From a virus (taxonomy: Duplodnaviria; Caudoviricetes): DNA of 64,000 nucleotides. A program made the position numbers and the translations under genes. The DNA is taken from the IMG/VR virus record IMGVR_UViG_3300032373_000001, one strand, 5' to 3'. The notes below the pieces were generated by a model that was given only the letters and a program-made list of their open reading frames with translations, did not search any database and was not told where the DNA came from. Below, one piece after another: positions 61,847 through 64,000 of the stretch (position 1 is its first letter; every line of letters starts with the position of its first letter).

Positions 61847-63324
61847 CAGCCCCAAGCCTTCAGGAGGTCATCGACCTCCTTGCCGGCGAAGCGCCGCATA
61901 AAAATCTCCTCGGCCAGACGGATGCGCTCCATGACGCGGGAATGTGCCGTGATCACCTCGTGACTCCCCAGATTGACCCGGTCGAGCAGCGCCTTGGCCT
62001 TCTTCAGCTCATGCTGGGCCTGAGTCAAGGCGTCGGTGGCGACCCCTGCAGGGTCCTTCGGGAGAACCGACTCCACCAACCGGACGATGTGGACGTCGGC
62101 CTGAGCCGAGACCAGCAGGCAGGTCTCCTTGGCCTTGCGGGCTGAGGAGGCTGCTTCGAGGCTGTCGGCGTCGAACTTCTCCAGCTCGTTGAAGAGGTCC
62201 GCCACGGCCTTCTTGAGGGCCAGCAGCTCCTTGCTCCCCATCGGGGGGAGGTCGAGGTTCTGGGGAATCTTGCAGGTGATGACCTCCAGCTCCGCAAGCT
62301 CGACCTCGATGGAGTGGCGAGCCGACTTGGCAGACCACTTCTTGACAGACTCCGTGGTGACCTTTTCCAGGATCGGCTCATCCTCCATGACTGCAACCAA
62401 GACGTCCTTGGCCCCCCAGAGGTCATCGAAGGTCACCTCCTGTCGGCCAGCCAGCAGTGCCTTGACTTCAAGCAGCTGGCTGGCGCGGGTGGAGCGGCGG
62501 TTGCTGATGGGAGGCAACCCCTTGGCGACCCGCTGCTTGCTCAGCTCCCGCTTCAGCTCCACGTAGGCTTCAAGCACATACTTGTTGCTGAAGATGTTGG
62601 GGTGGTGCCCGACAACCAGACCGCTGATCATCTCGACGTCGGCGAGGTGCAGGGTCGGCATCGGCCGGTCGAAGTCCCCCGCCAAGAACGCCTCATGCAG
62701 CTCGAAGTCCTTGCGGGGGTCTTGGATGTTGTCGACCTCTTCCTTGAACAGGAAGCGGTCAATCACCGCCCCGATCTGGTGGGCACGGGAGGGCATGTCT
62801 TCCGGCCGGAAGTTGGTGTCGGCCACTGCTGTGAGCAGGGGGCTCTTGATGAGCTGAGGACCTTTGCGGGCCTCTCGGTCCAAGAGGATCCCCAGCATCG
62901 CTCGGAGCAGCGGGTCGTTCGAGTCGAAGAACTCCCCGAGGTGAACGAAGTGGGCCTCGGGCATCATGCCCTCGACCATGTGCTTGAGGTGGCCAGTCTT
63001 CTCCATCTCGCGCTGATCGTAGGCTCCGAAGATGTCTGCAGTGGTGTCGAACTTGGTCAGGTCCCGCGCCCAGTAAGTCCCGCCTTGGATGCCCCCGAAG
63101 GCGGTGCGGAAGAGACTGGTCTTGGCGGTGCCGGGGGGCCCGATGACCAGCAGGTGCTCCCGCATGAGCATTGCGGCTTCCAGCTTGTCGATCACCGAGT
63201 CCCGTTCGAAGAAGCGAGCCCTCAACGCATCAAAGTAGACGCTGGCGCGCTCCACGCCCTCGAACACCTGCTTCCAGGTCGTAGGCTTACGGCGACGGTG
63301 TACGTCCAGGTAGGTGATGGTCAT
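61846..63324 (-). CDS. MoxR/RavA-like AAA+ ATPase
   Basis: HLLVIGPPGTAKT Walker A; DIFG; Walker B variant FVHLGE; AVIDRF; coupled to VWA gene. Confidence 0.85.
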   Translation of the reverse strand: MTITYLDVHRRRKPTTWKQVFEGVERASVYFDALRARFFERDSVIDKLEAAMLMREHLLVIGPPGTAKTSLFRTAFGGIQGGTYWARDLTKFDTTADIFGAYDQREMEKTGHLKHMVEGMMPEAHFVHLGEFFDSNDPLLRAMLGILLDREARKGPQLIKSPLLTAVADTNFRPEDMPSRAHQIGAVIDRFLFKEEVDNIQDPRKDFELHEAFLAGDFDRPMPTLHLADVEMISGLVVGHHPNIFSNKYVLEAYVELKRELSKQRVAKGLPPISNRRSTRASQLLEVKALLAGRQEVTFDDLWGAKDVLVAVMEDEPILEKVTTESVKKWSAKSARHSIEVELAELEVITCKIPQNLDLPPMGSKELLALKKAVADLFNELEKFDADSLEAASSARKAKETCLLVSAQADVHIVRLVESVLPKDPAGVATDALTQAQHELKKAKALLDRVNLGSHEVITAHSRVMERIRLAEEIFMRRFAGKEVDDLLKAWG

Positions 63325-63382
63325 GCGTCTGGCAGCTCCGGTTAACTCTGTACCATAGGCATTACGTGCCGCCCCAAGACCC

Positions 63383-63949
63383 CTATTCGACACCCCACGC
63401 ATATTCCATCAGCCGATCGGACTGCCAGGTCTTCTCCGAAATCCGGTTGTCGGCAGCATAGTGCGAGGCATGCACGCTATTTTCCGGAGAAGAGCACAAG
63501 GTTAACCCGGTCATGTGACTCCACCACCCATAACTGGAGCCCCCCACAGGAGACGAAGCCCCCGCTATGAGGGAGCGCGCTTCCGGAGAAACCTCTTGTC
63601 CGGAAGCCACCTTCCTCAAGATCTCCAAGCAGTGGTGTTCCTCAGAGGCGCTCTCCGGGCCCCCGTAGTTCTCCGAGAACAGAGGGAAGGCATGCAGGAC
63701 GCAATCGGCCGCATACTTGTAGCAACACTGCTCCCAGTCCGGTCGGGTGACCCTCAAGAGCACGGCGGGCATCCACCAGAACACCGACACCCCGTCCGGG
63801 GAGCGCCAGTCGGGGGCCTTGACCTCGATCCCCAGGGCCATGCCAAGCTCTACAGCCTGTGCCCAGATATCCGCCTTGGCATGAATCGGAACACCGTCGC
63901 CCCACTCGAAGGCAGAGTCCACCAGCTCTCGGAGGGCTTCGGGCAGCAT
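63383..63949 (-). CDS. Hypothetical protein
   Basis: 188-aa ORF, TAGATG coupling. Confidence 0.6.
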   Translation of the reverse strand: MLPEALRELVDSAFEWGDGVPIHAKADIWAQAVELGMALGIEVKAPDWRSPDGVSVFWWMPAVLLRVTRPDWEQCCYKYAADCVLHAFPLFSENYGGPESASEEHHCLEILRKVASGQEVSPEARSLIAGASSPVGGSSYGWWSHMTGLTLCSSPENSVHASHYAADNRISEKTWQSDRLMEYAWGVE

Positions 63950-64000
63950 CTACAGCTCGAACAGCTTGGCGGTGTACCAGATCAGGGCGCGTCTCCAGCG
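63950..64000 (-). CDS. C-terminal fragment of an upstream gene
   Basis: ...RWRRALIWYTAKLFEL-stop. Confidence 0.45.
   Translation of the reverse strand, partial: RWRRALIWYTAKLFEL

Noticed and set aside
1-64000. CRISPR array, DGR/retron, integrase or transposase
   Set aside because: By eye, no spaced direct repeats, reverse transcriptase, recombinase or transposase motifs were found.
1-64000. Alternative genetic code (stop-codon reassignment)
   Set aside because: TAA, TAG and TGA all end tightly packed genes, often with coupled starts, and long conserved genes are uninterrupted in code 11.

Overview
64 kb segment of a GC-rich, densely coding large (jumbo-type) myovirus-like phage genome, with nearly all genes on the minus strand. 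Host is unknown. The left and middle parts are accessory/regulatory. They carry four divergent sigma70-family factors, an NAD-dependent DNA ligase, an SLX1-like GIY-YIG nuclease, and DUF262, methyltransferase, GNAT, NADAR, J-domain, tandem cold-shock, Hc1-like and PEP-mobile-domain proteins, plus many small hypothetical ORFs. A complete tmRNA (tag ANNVNYFEGGVRLAA) lies at 46989-47406, followed by a 57-codon GIY-YIG homing-endonuclease remnant that the ORF track misses. The right end holds virion genes (neck/head-completion-like, holin-like, baseplate J-like, gp25-like) and a RavA/ViaA-like AAA+/VWA pair. Main unexplained patterns: (1) at least eight genes have their Shine-Dalgarno site inside a stem-loop; (2) three sigma factors share a C-terminal CxxH-x11/12-CxxC module; (3) a fixed-spacing promoter-like motif TTGATTTCCG-N14-CGTAA recurs; (4) a short LLxSxD...QGxE(L/M) module recurs in six unrelated ORFs. 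All family assignments come from motif recognition by eye; no database searches were run.
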